DNA of 64,000 nucleotides, taken from assembly GCF_009914755.1 (NCBI RefSeq), contig NC_060933.1; one strand, given 5' to 3'. Below are positions 13,240 through 28,361 of this stretch, piece by piece. This DNA is from the human T2T-CHM13v2.0 reference genome, Homo sapiens. The notes below the pieces were generated by a model. That model saw nothing but the letters and a program-made list of their open reading frames with translations, was not told the origin of the DNA and made no database searches. Within the stretch, counting starts at the first letter, position 1; every line of letters starts with the position of its first letter. The translations under genes and the position numbers were made by a program.

Positions 13240-13610
13240 CTAAAAAACATAGATAATTGGATGAACATGCTTGCCTTGCATGAAGTTGTGTGAGTGTATA
13301 GAGGTACTGGAGAGGAGGACGGGATGGGGAAGGGAATGCTGTACAAATCCAGAACTAAAGCCATTGATCCACTCCATCATATTGGCTGCTTCTTTCATCT
13401 ATTTGCATCCCTATTTCTATGGCCCACACACCAATCATCTGTAATATGTATTAATAAATCCGCGGTTTGCATTTATTAATGTTGTTCATAGATATTTGAT
13501 TCTTAGCTACTTGGGGAATGTGGATGACTGAACTCCTTGATCTCCTGATTTTAGCCAACGAGTTGAGTAAAATGATGTGACAGGGTAAAGCCTTCCAGAG
13601 TTTTCTTTAC

Positions 13611-13698
13611 TTCTAGCACAATCAGCAATGTTCAAGATGATGGCTGTTTCATTAGACTAAGTCCTTGAGTGACTTTGGTGAATGGATTCCCCCAATAA
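13611..13698 (-). other. Candidate non-coding exon (88 nt, or start of a terminal exon)
   Basis: Strong acceptor TTACATTTCATCTCTATCTCTCATCAG| and weak donor GAA|GTAAAG; stops in all three frames. Confidence 0.2.
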
Positions 13699-14014
13699 CT
13701 GATGAGAGATAGAGATGAAATGTAACTCAGAAATCAGCCTTTCTGATTCTCAGTTCCAAGACTTAAGGATTGTTTGATCTCATAGCAAACAGCTATTCTA
13801 GCTAATATAATTGGCCTATGACTGTAATAGTACTTTTTATATGTTTGGGGACATCTTCATCAAAACCATCTTTAAGAGATAGGGATACAGATAAACCTTA
13901 TTTCCCTATTAGCTTTTGGTTTTGAAAGTTCTTTGAAATAAATCATTAATCCTTGGTTTTCAGACTAAGTACAAATCGTGAAACTGCTAAGCTTTAAGAA
14001 GTAATATTTCTTAG

Positions 14015-14150
14015 GGCCAGGAGCAGTGGCTCATGCTTGTGATCCCAGTTCTTTAGGAGGCTAAGGCAGGAGGATTGCTTGAACTGAGGAGTTCAAGAAC
14101 AGCCTGGGAAACATAATGAGACCTCATCCCTATTAAAAAAATTTTTAAGA
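14015..14150 (+). mobile_element. FLAM/Alu left monomer
   Basis: GGCCAGGAGCAGTGGCTCATGCTTGTGATCCCAG...GAGACCTCATCCCTATTAAAA; flanks AAGTAAT/AAGTAAT. Confidence 0.85.
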
Positions 14151-14184
14151 AAAATAAATTTAAAAAACAAGTAATTTTTAAATT

Positions 14185-14312
14185 GACTTACTTAATACTC
14201 ACTATGTGCCAGGGACTAATCTTATTAATTATTAGTATGAACTCATTTAATCTTCATATTTTGCAAGTGAGGAAATTTGGGCACAGAGACTAAGAAACTT
14301 TCCCAAAGTTCC
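14185..14312 (-). mobile_element. MIR fragment
   Basis: CTCACTATGTGCCAGG...CTCATTTAATCTTCA...ATTTTGCAAGTGAGGAAA...GCACAGAGACTAAG. Confidence 0.7.
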
Positions 14313-15249
14313 CCAAGAAGTAAAATTTTATTTTGGTACTATTTACTGTGCCTCTTTTACCACCACCATGTTCTTAATACGCAAAGGTTTTATTTCTTCT
14401 TAATGGATAACATCAATGTATTTTCACTTAAGCAAATATTTTTACATTTAAGAGAAAGAATACTCATTTCAGTAGCTATTGATTTTCAGCTCTTTTGTTA
14501 TAGCATACTTCACATTTTTAAAACTGTGTAGTTTTCCATGGGTATGGCCTCCATATTTGACATGCGACTGAGAAAAGAAATTCAGAAGCTTGTGCTCTGA
14601 TAGTGATGAACATACAGAACTTTAGTCCCGGAACCCTAAAACTCCAATGATTACTTTGTTTGGATCAGATTTATTTTTTTTTTGGTAAAACTGGAACATT
14701 GTCTATCAAAATGAACTTTGATCGCTTTTTCATTATTTAATCCAAACGTGATACAATTTCTCCTTCAATTTCTAACTAAGAAGGAAGTGATAAAAGCAGG
14801 TATTACTTGGATGCTAGACAACAGAAAAAGGTTTACTTTATATTCCTCCTTTGTAGAAATAGTTGAGAAACTTTTCAGAGCAGAAATATTTAGTATTTAT
14901 CTTTTGCTGAAATAGCTATAAATATATTTTGAGCTAGGCACAAGGACCAATCCTTAATTACAAAGAGAGTCTGTATGAAAATCTAGGCATTTAAGATTGT
15001 AGATACCAAGCTTTTGTGTATTTATACTCATGTGTGTTCTAAGCTTACTATAAAAGGTTTTAAAAGCATTTAGAGTCACTCATTGAGTCCTTATGTATAT
15101 AATTTGAAAGAATGCTTTTATCACACTACTTAAGAGTGTTTGTGTGACAATTAAGAGAAGTGAAAAAGTATTCTGTATTAAAGGATAATATGAAGGCAAT
15201 GGTTATGCTTGTTTAAAATTGTATTATTATTATTATTTTCTGTGATCCT

Positions 15250-15374
15250 TGATGGGCATTGCACTGTTATAATCTGATGAATATAAAAGAATTGATGGGC
15301 ATTGCACTGTTATAATCTGATGAATACAAAAGAACTGATGGGCATTGCACTGTTATAATCTGATGAATATAAAA
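15250..15374. repeat. 43-bp minisatellite, ~2.9 copies
   Basis: Unit TGATGGGCATTGCACTGTTATAATCTGATGAATAYAAAAGAAY starts at 15250, 15293 and 15336. Confidence 0.95.
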
Positions 15375-15444
15375 TGACAGGAGGTACAAAGAGTTCTCGG
15401 AGGAGAGTACTACTCTTCCTTATGTAAAAATAATACTTTCTGTC

Positions 15445-15822
<378 letters not shown>

Positions 15823-16289
15823 TCAAAACTATTCCATGAATGGTAAGAATCACTAAAGCAATCAGTAACACAGTTAACCTGGGAAAACTACAGAGGGAAT
15901 GCAAATTGAAGAGTAAGATAAGAATCAGTAAATTTAAGATCTGAGAGAAACTGAAAAATTAAATTTAAAGCTAATAAAACGTGCTAATTCACATTATTAT
16001 TATTCTTGGAAAACTAAGTTGCTTATGACTGAAAATTTTCCAAAGTTTCATTGATCAAGAAAATTATCTGCTAATAACAGAAACTACATTAAGACTTACA
16101 GCATCTGAATATTGGCTAAAACATGCATATTTTAAGATTCCTTTTAATGTAAGATAATAAACACAATACACTTAGGAACTTAATAATTCCTATAACCAGA
16201 ACTCACCACCTTACCCTTACAAGCAGTTGTTTTTATTAACAAATATCTTTGTTTCTTTCTTCCACGTTGTTGGAGATGGCAGGATTTCA

Positions 16290-16760
16290 CTGACACTATG
16301 CTAAGGGAAATAAGCCAGTCTCAGAAGGACAAAGACTGCATGATCTCATTTATATGAGGTATCTAAAATTGTCAAGCTCACAAAGCAAAGAGTAAAATGG
16401 TGATAACAAGGGGCTTGGGGAAGGGGAAATGAGTTGTTTAATAGGTATAATGTCCTAGTTATACAACATGAATAGGTTCTAGATGTCCGCTTTAAGACAC
16501 AGTCCCTGTAGTTAAAAATACTGTATTGTACACTCAAAATTTGTTGAAAGGGCAGATCTCAAGTTAAATCTTCTTACCATAAAGTTTTAAAAGGTGGAAG
16601 TGCAGGAGGAAGCTTTTGGAGGTGATAGATATTTTTATTACCTTGATTGTGGTGATGGTTTCACAGTGTATGCATACGTTCAAACCCATCAAATTGTATG
16701 CAGTAGGTATATGCAGGTTTTATATATCAACCCCACCCAAATAAAATTGTATTTTAAAAA
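16290..16760 (+). mobile_element. L1MA (MA8/9-like) 3' end
   Basis: ATGCTAAGGGAAATAAGCCAGTCTCAGAAGGACAAA...GGAGGTGATAGATATTTTTATTACCTTGATTGTGGTGATGG...AATAAA. Confidence 0.8.
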
Positions 16761-17121
16761 GCTTCTTTCTTCTATGTATCTACTGTTTGTCTTCTTATAG
16801 GCTTGACTTCTTTCTTCTAATTCAATCTTCTGGACCCAAACAAAATAGATCATATAATGCAGATGGAAACCTACCTTTCAAAACTTATTTTCTTTTTTTT
16901 TAATTTTTTTTATTATTATTATACTTTAAGTTTTAGGGTACATGTGCACTATGTGCCGGTTAGTTACATATGTATACATGTGCCATGCTGGTGCGCTGCA
17001 CCCATTAACTTGTCATTTAGCATTAGGTATATCTCCCAATGCTATCCTTCCCCCTCCCCCAACCCCACAACAGTCCCCAGAGTGTGATGGTCCCCTTCCT
17101 GTGTCCATGTGTTCTCATTGT

Positions 17122-17595
17122 TCAATTCCCATCTATGAGTGAGAACATGCGGTGTTTCGTTTTTTGTACTTGCGATAGTTTACTGAGAATGATGACTTCC
17201 AATTTCACCCATGTCCCTACAAAGGACATGAACTCATCATTTTTTATAGCTGCATAGTATTCCATGGTGTATATGTGCCACATATTCTTAATCCAGTCTA
17301 TCATTGTTGGACATTTGGGTTGGTTCCAAGTCTTTGCTATTGTGAATAGTGCCGCAATAAACATACGTGTGCATGCGTCTTTACAGCAGCATGATTTATA
17401 GTCCTTTGGGTATATACCCAGTAATGGGATGGCTGGGTCAAATGGTATTTCTAGTTCTAGATCCCTGAGGAATCGCCAAACTGACTTCCACAATGGTTGA
17501 ACTAGTTTACGGTCCCACCAACAGTGTAAAAGTGTTCCTATTTCTCCACATCCTCTCCAGCACCTGTTGTTTCCTGACTTTTTAATGATCACCAT
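17122..17595 (-). pseudogene. L1 ORF2p C-terminal (Cys-rich) fragment
   Basis: [25 protein letters not shown]...HRMFSLIDGN* is the L1 ORF2p C-terminus. Confidence 0.92.
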
Positions 17596-17664
17596 TCTAA
17601 CTGGTGTGAGATGCTATCTCATTGTGGTTTTGATTTGCATTTCTCTGATGGCCAGTGATGATGA

Positions 17665-18285
<621 letters not shown>

Positions 18286-18781
18286 TATCCAGAATCTACA
18301 AAGAACTCAAACAAATTTACAAGAAAAAAACAAACAATCCCATCAAAAAGTGGGCAAAGGATATGAACAGACACTTCTCAATAGAAGACATTCATGCAGC
18401 CAAAAGACACATGAAAAAATGTTCATCAAAACTTATTTTCAAATTGTCTTGTCCTCATCTTCCCAATCATAGAGTACATCAACCTGCCCTGTACTTCCTA
18501 TGTCCCTTCACTCACTGACATTTCTTTGTGAAATATACTTAGAATCCTGCGTATCTTTTAAAACTTAGTTAAAATGTCACAGCTGCAACAAAAGCAAAAG
18601 TTCTCCATTCTTTCTAGCTGGAATTATCTTTCTCTGTCCACTTATCAAAAAGCAATTCATTCTTACTCCATCCATGCATTTCTTCTTTGTTTTATGTCTC
18701 TCCTCTAAGTCAAGCAATAAAGAGGTTGAACTCTTTTATTTACTTATGTCTTACAATGATTTGCAGGTAAAAGGACCTGAT

Positions 18782-19076
<295 letters not shown>

Positions 19077-19079
19077 GAA

Positions 19080-19081
19080 TC

Positions 19082-19112
<31 letters not shown>

Positions 19113-19490
19113 TATATATAAAATATATATACGCACACATATACTTAAAAATTAATTTTGTCTTTTCAAAACTAGTAGTGGAGTCTGAGTGCTTAATCAT
19201 TATTCAGTATATATATTCAGTATACATATTCTGTATATATACACATATACTGAATATATATATTCAGTATATATATTCAATATACAATATATATATTCAA
19301 TATACTATACATACCTATTGTATATACATTATATATAATATATCCTATATATACATATATACAATATGCATATTCAATATACAATATACATATTCCATAT
19401 ACATATACACAATATACACATATACAGTATATATATTCAATATACATATTCAGTATATATGTATACATATACACACACATATACTGAATA
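19080..19490. repeat. (TA)n/(CA)n and TA-rich low-complexity array with repeated ATATATTCAR units
   Basis: Directly visible in the sequence. Confidence 0.9.
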
Positions 19491-19517
19491 ATGGTTAAGC
19501 ACTCAGACTCCACTACT
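19174..19517. repeat. 39-bp inverted repeat (38/39 identical) flanking the TA-rich array
   Basis: AGTAGTGGAGTCTGAGTGCTTAATCATTATTCAGTATAT at 19174-19212 versus its reverse complement at 19479-19517. Confidence 0.95.
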
Positions 19518-19665
19518 TCATAACCGTGATTTTAGATATGTGCTTAACACCTTTCAGCTTTTATTTCCTCATGTATAGCATGGTGACAATAATAGTGCCC
19601 ACCTTATAGGATTTTCTTGATAATTAGGTGAGATACTCAATGTAAAATCACTTGTCACAAAGCTC
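19487..19665 (+). mobile_element. MIR
   Basis: AATGGTTAAGCACTCAGACTC...TTTCCTCATGTATAGCATGGTGACAATAATAGTGCCCACCTTATAGG...ATGTAAAATCACTT. Confidence 0.75.
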
Positions 19666-20059
19666 CGTGTCATAAAAAAAGTCTCAGTCATTCAAAGTAT
19701 GTTTCTGACTACAATGGGATTAAATTAGAAAAATTAGAAGTCAATAATAAAAAGGCATGTGGGCAATACCCAAGTATTTGGAAATTAAATGAGAGATTTC
19801 TAAAACAAATGAGTCAAAGAAGAAATCAAAAGAGACATTCAAAGTATTTTGAATTAAATGTAAAAGAAAAGCCAACATATCAGAATTTGTGGTATGCCAG
19901 TTCTTAAAGGGAAATTCATAGTGCAAAATGCCTGTGTAAGAAAAGAGGAATAACAGCAAGTTAGTGATCTTATCTTCCACCTTCAGAAACCAGAAAAAGA
20001 ACAAATAAAACTCCAAGTAAGAAGAGAAAAAACAATAAAGCAGAAATAAAAAATTTTGA

Positions 20060-20360
20060 GGCTGGCCATGGTGGCGCACACATGTAATCCCAGCACTCTG
20101 GGAGACTGCGCTAGAAGGACAGCTTAAAGCCAGGAGTTTGAAACCAACCAGGCAACAAACTGAGTTTCCATCTATAAAAAAAATAAAAAAGCTTATCTGA
20201 ATGTGGTGGCATGCACCTACCTGTAGTCCCAGCTACCCAGGAGGCCAAGGCAGGAGGATCATTTGAGCCCAGGAGTTGGAGGCTACAGTAAGCTATAATT
20301 CACTGCACACCAGCCTGGGGGACAGAGCAAGTCCCCATCTCTAAAAATAAATTAATTAAA
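20060..20360 (+). mobile_element. AluJ
   Basis: Diverged dimeric Alu with GGAGGATCATTTGAGCCCAGGAG. Confidence 0.85.
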
Positions 20361-21664
20361 TTAAATAGTAATATATATTTTAAAAAGGTTCTTTTGGGGA
20401 AGGAGGCAAAAAATTCTTTATATATAAAGCATAGATTACATATACATAAATAGACATACAATATGTCTCTGAAATTAAAATTTATTGGGGGCAATTAAGA
20501 AAAAAGTCAAAAAAGACTCATAGGGTAGTGACTGAAATAACGTTTGAGGAAAACTGTTCTACGGACATTAAAAGAACAATAATGGAATATTATGAGCAAC
20601 TTAACTAGAATACATACAAAAATCTGGATGAAACAGACAAATTTCTCAAAAGACCCAAACCACCAAAGTTCACTAAAACAAAAAAATAAATAAGAAGAAT
20701 AGTCCCATATATTTAAATATATATTTTTGGTAAAATCCTTCCTACCATGAAAACTTCAGTCCCAGATGCCTTCACTGGTAAATTCTACTAAATATTCAGG
20801 GAAAAATAATTATACAAATTCTATAAAAATTCCTTCAGCAAGTTGACAATATGGGAATACCTACCAGTTTTTTCTTTAAGGTCAACATTACACATTACTG
20901 AAACCAGCAAAGACATTATAAGAAAAGAAGATTACGTAATAATATCCCTCATGGACATAACAATGTTCTGATGAAAACACCAGCAAAACAACTCCAGATA
21001 TATATAAAAAGATAATACCTTGTCACAAAAGTGAGGAATATACCAAGAATGTAAAGCTGGTTCAACATTCAAAAATCAGTCACTCTAATTCACCATATTA
21101 ACGCACTAAAAATTAGAAATACGTAATATTATCTTTTTGAAAGACACAGAAAAGCATTTGCCAAAAATCAAACATTCATTTCTAATTAAAAACGAAAACG
21201 AACAAAACCACCTCAGCTAATTAGAAACAGAAGGGTATTTCCTCAACCTGAAAAAAAATCAATCGTTTAAAAAGCTAACACTGTACTTATTAGTGGAACA
21301 CTGATAGTGTTCCCCCGAAGATAGTAAAAAGACAAGGATATTTACCCTCATCACTGCTGTTAAACATTGTACTGGATGTTCTAGCCAGTGCAAACAGAGA
21401 AAGAAGATAAAGAACTAAAAGGCATCCAAAGTAGAAAAGAAAAGGTAAAACTGTTTGATCCAGAGATGACATGATCATATATGTAGAAAATCCATTGGAT
21501 ATACAAAAAAGCTTCTAGAATAGATGAATTTAGCAAGACTTGCCGGATGCAAGATCACTATGCACAAATCAATTGTATTTGTTTGTATTAACAATGCACA
21601 ACATAGGACTGAAATAGAAAAATACCACTTAAATTGACATAAGTATTTAAATACTGTGGGATAT

Positions 21665-21954
<290 letters not shown>

Positions 21955-22266
21955 AATACTGTGGAATAAATCTGATATAATATGTAAAGTACTGGGACAC
22001 TGAAAACTGCAAAACATTGCTGAGAAAAAAATTAAAAGCTTAAATAAATTGAAATTTTTTTTTGTTCATTGGTCAGAAGATCCAACATGCTTAAGATAAC
22101 AGTTCTCCACAGGCTGAACTCTATAGTCAGTGAAATCCTTATTTTTTAAAAATAATTATTTTATAAAATATGACAAGATGATTCTAAATTTATATGAAAA
22201 TAAAAAGTATACAAATAACTACAGCAAAAATATATTTGAAAAGATGAAAATTTTATAAATCTATAG

Positions 22267-22623
22267 TGTCTTAGTTCAGATTGCTATAAAGAAGTACAGT
22301 GGGCTGGATGACTTAAAAATAGCAAAAATTTATTTCTCACAGTTCTGGAGATTGGAGGTCTGAGATCAGGGTATCAGGATGGTCAGGTTCTGGTGAGGGC
22401 CCTCTTCTATTTTGCAGACTGCTAACGTCTCATTATATCCTCACATGGCAGAAAGAGTGTGGACTAACTCTCTGGTCTTTTCTTATAAATGCACTAATCT
22501 CATTCATAAAAGGTACTACAATTCATGAACTAATCACCTCCCAAAGGCCCTGCCTCCAAATATCACCATGGTGTAGATCAGCGTTTAACATATGAATTTT
22601 GGAAAGACAGTCAGTCGATAGCA
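22267..22623 (-). mobile_element. MLT1A/MLT1A0 MaLR solo LTR
   Basis: TGTCTTAGTTCAG...AAATTTATTTCTCACAGTTCTGGAG...GGTTCTGGTGAGGGCCCTCTTC...TAATCACCTCCCAAAGGCCC...ATAGCA. Confidence 0.85.
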
Positions 22624-22744
22624 TAAAGTAATCAGAACAGTGTGCTATTCATGTAAAGATAGACATATAGATCAATGGAATATGATAGAGCCCAGAAGTA
22701 GACCTTCACTGTATATGAACAATTGATTTTTGGAAAAAATGCAG

Positions 22745-23535
22745 TTAGTCTTTGCTGAGAAGCTCTGTGTGCATATTGGGGCATATCTTCAACACTCAGT
22801 CAGGTTTTTGTCAAATCTGCCTTTGCCTTTACTTCCTGTTTGCATAAAGCCACAAGATTATTCAGTGATGAGAATTTAGGACCTTCTTATGTCTTTCCTA
22901 AGAAGGAGAGAACACTGTCTGCCTGTGTGTGGCCTTCAAGATTCCTGGGAATACTGCTGAGTTTTTCAAAGCCTTAGGAACATCTAATTTCCAGCTTTTA
23001 CTTTTAAGCTTTTTGTTTATACTATTGTTTGATAGAAATATTATCCACTGCCTTAGGACCATAAAGTTAAACAATAATTCCCTGTTGTGTTTCTTTGTTT
23101 GTTTTTACCAACTCCTCCCCTCCCCTACCTCCAGGAAAAGGCTGTTCATGCTGGGTGAGCTCTAAGTCATGTCAGTATAGATAGCTTTGCAAGTGGGGTC
23201 TTCCATGAAATTACCAGGTAAGTCAGACAACGGTAATTATTTGGGAATGAGCTCTAACCGTCTCTGTTGTCTCTAGTGCCTGCACTATTGTTGCTTTTTA
23301 CTGCAAATGTGGGCTATTATTTTTCAAGGCTACCCCACAGCTGGAGAACAAGTGATGAGAATAAAGCTAAAAAGCAAAAAAAAAAAAGCCATAAGTTCTT
23401 CCTAAGATTCAGTCACTTTTCTTGAATGAATACTCCCTGAGTTACTACAAGACTTTGGTTAATTTCTAGAGTTCTCAAATAGGTGGATTCTAACTTTAAA
23501 AATATTTTTACTCATTGGTTTTGTGGAAGAAAATA
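22745..23535 (-). mobile_element. Old L1M 5' region fragment (tentative)
   Basis: Motifs GGGGCATATCTTCAACACTCAG, CTGCCTTTGCCTTTACTTCCTG and CTAAGATTCAGTCACTTTTCTTGAATGAATACTCC, recalled from L1M 5' ends. Confidence 0.45.
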
Positions 23536-23539
23536 TTTA

Positions 23540-25295
<1,756 letters not shown>

Positions 25296-26236
25296 ATTTT
25301 GAACCCACATTTTCTCCCAATAATTAATTGCCTTATTTCCCCTCTGCACTTCAGCTTCCCTCTGTTTTATCTTCCTCTTCATCCTAAAATAGTGTTTCAT
25401 CATTTCAGCCAGATTATACACAATAACATCAATTTTCATATTTCTTTATTTATCTGCCTCCCCATTCCAGAGCTTGCTACGGAAAACCTAAACCTAGATA
25501 TTAGTATTACCATATAGATGTAATTGTCCATTCCAATGGGTTCTCAGTCAAGCCAGAAAAACTGTGTACTTTTCTTTGATTACATCCTCCTCTAATTACT
25601 TTGGTTTAGATGTTTTTCCAAATTTTTGCCACTGTTCTAAATATGTACATCCACTTCCCTGTAAATATGAGCATTTCTTTATTGTTTTCAGAGAAAGGAG
25701 AAACCACCTTATGGGAATTTGTATAAGATTCCTGTACTGTATTACCCTTCAGGCAAGAATTTATCTTTATCTACTCATAATCCATATTGCTTCTTTCCAT
25801 ACACAAGCTATAACTTGTCTTCTTACCAACTCAAAGCCGTTTCTTTTACCTGTTCTCTAAACTCAAGGTCCTCTGTCACAAGAGTCACGTAGGATAAGTA
25901 AACACAAAGTAGTTGTGGTAAACTTATTAGAAACAAGTATTTTCATTTTGGGGAATGATTCTGGCTAGTCTCCAAATCTGCATGTGTTTAGTTGAGTACA
26001 ATAATGTGGTAGGGAGAATCCATCTGCAGTTGTGCTAAAGGTCCATTGTTGTCAGAGGGTAGAGTCGGGTAGGTAATATGTAAAATAGCAAGCTCTCACT
26101 CTTTTTTACCCTCTCAGTAATCTTCCTTGCTTCTTCAAAACCTTCAATGACTATAAATGCCCTTTAAACCAGTTTCAAGCTTTTCAGTTTGGTGTTTGAT
26201 TCTATGCAGCTTTAGTTGCTACTTACATTTTTCCAC

Positions 26237-26636
26237 TGCTATTTCCTGAATATATCTCCCAAAGCTCATGTTTTGTGAACTTTATGCTCAATGAAACAGT
26301 TTGGTGGAGTGGGGCCTTTAAGATGTGATTAGGTCATTAGGGCTCTGTCCTCATGAATAGATTAATCTGTTATCCTGAAAGATGATTAGTTATCATGGGA
26401 GTGGGCTCCTGATGAAAGGACATGTTCAGCCTTCTTGCTCTTCCTGCCTTGCACACTCACTAACCATGTGATGCCTTTCTATTATAGGGTAACATAGCAA
26501 GAAGGTCCTCACAAGATGTCAGCACCATGCTCTTGGACTTCCCTACTTCTAGAACTGTGACCAAATAAAACCCTATTCTTTATAAATTACCTAGCTTTTG
26601 TTATGCTGTTACAACAGCAGAAAATGGATTAAGACA
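26237..26636 (+). mobile_element. MSTC/MSTD-like MaLR solo LTR
   Basis: TGCTAT...CCCAAAGCTCATG...GGGGCCTTTAAGATGTGATTAGGTCAT...CTCTTGGACTTCCC...AATAAA...CAGCAGAAAATGGATTAAGACA. Confidence 0.8.
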
Positions 26637-27338
26637 CCCACTCACATATATTTTCTTGTTTGTCTTTTTAATACTGTGAAACAGAATTTTTTAGTTAATT
26701 TAGTTATTCTTATATTAGACTTTTCCATTTATGAAAGAATGAGTTCTTACAATGGACCTCTTTGATACCATTGACTTGAATGTGTAATAGGAAGAACTCT
26801 AAGGCTTCTGAAATAATCCAACTGTTTATCTGCAAAACCACCTGCAGCCAGAAAGTGAGATAACAAAATCACTGAAGAAATCAAAACATGAGAGTTGAAT
26901 CACAAAACCTCACTTTATCTTGATGATTTTCTATGGAAGGTATATACCTCAGCACATCGATAAAAGGACAATTTTGTGTACTAAAACAAAGGAGGTCATT
27001 ATAAGGATATAAAAACCAATGGTGTTAAAAGCAGCACTAATGCTCAGCAGACTAAAACCAAGTAATCCAGTGTAATAAAATGGTTAGGTTGGAGTCTTAA
27101 TAGATTGTAATTGTTAGGAGAATAAATCACAGCTAAAATATTTCTCTATCTATGAGATAAGCATTGGAAATAATTTTAAAATTCAGAGACCTCAACACTA
27201 AAGGTAGAAAATATTTCCTTTCCTATTAGAGTACTAAAAAAGAGTAACTGAAATGAATATTACTAAACTAACATTTTTTCTATTTAAGTGTTTTGCTATC
27301 ACAAACTGAAAGAAAAATTAACGTTTCAGATTATTTAG

Positions 27339-27696
<358 letters not shown>

Positions 27697-28119
27697 ACTT
27701 TGCAAATATCTTTATTATTCATTATATATAATAGATTGTTCTATAGTACAGATAGTTAAAATGGCTTAAGTAACAAAAATTAATTTTTGATTAAAATATT
27801 AGGAAGTATAAAGTAGATCAGTCAAAAAGATATGAACATAACTGAATAATTCAGCCAGCCAAATAGCACACACTGGACAAAATTGTCTATTCAAGGGTAA
27901 AAGCTGGACTGACAGTAAAGAAGAGTTCACAAAGCAAAAACTGTTGCTCAGAAAGAGTTAATCATTCTCTGAAAAATACAAATCTAGTCATAATTTCTAT
28001 GCAGAAAAAGAATTGCACCCTTACAGATAAACAATACAGATAGGTTTCTGCTTTCTTGTTTTCTATCAATCTATCTGTAATTGTGTGGCATTGAGAATAT
28101 GCAAAAGTAATTGCTAGAA

Positions 28120-28361
28120 GATGCAGAATAGTTCAGAGCACAGACTCTGGTGTCAGTAAAACTTTCCAACAGTATAATTTACTAGCAATGTCACTGTGGG
28201 CATGTCACTTAATGTTTAAACTTAATGTTTTCTGTTCTGTAGTAGTGTAGCAGCGTCACTGTGGGTATGTCACTTTATGTTTAAACTTAATGTTTTTTGT
28301 TCTGTAATCAGGTAATAGTAATAGCTCTTATTTCATAGGATTATTTTCAGGATTGAAATGA
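28120..28361 (+). mobile_element. MIR with a 65-bp internal tandem duplication; continues at about 29388-29460 after the L1
   Basis: AGAGCACAGACTCTGG...; unit TCACTGTGGGYATGTCACTTWATGTTTAAACTTAATGTTTT at 28191 and 28256. Confidence 0.7.

Noticed and set aside
12963-13364. 133-aa minus-strand ORF as a single-exon gene
   Set aside because: Non-ATG start and no recognisable homology; only the internal candidate exon is kept, at low confidence.
14596-14670. C/D snoRNA (GTGATGA box C, flanking TCTGAT/ATCAGA stem)
   Set aside because: There is no CTGA box D in front of the 3' stem arm.
15250-15374. CRISPR array or tandem C/D-box snoRNA cluster
   Set aside because: Units are head-to-tail with no unique spacers, the context is primate DNA, and the C-to-D distance is under 50 nt with no terminal stem.
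19178-19513. Opposing Tyr/Ile-rich ORFs both starting MESECL
   Set aside because: Artefact of the inverted repeat and the stop-poor TA array.
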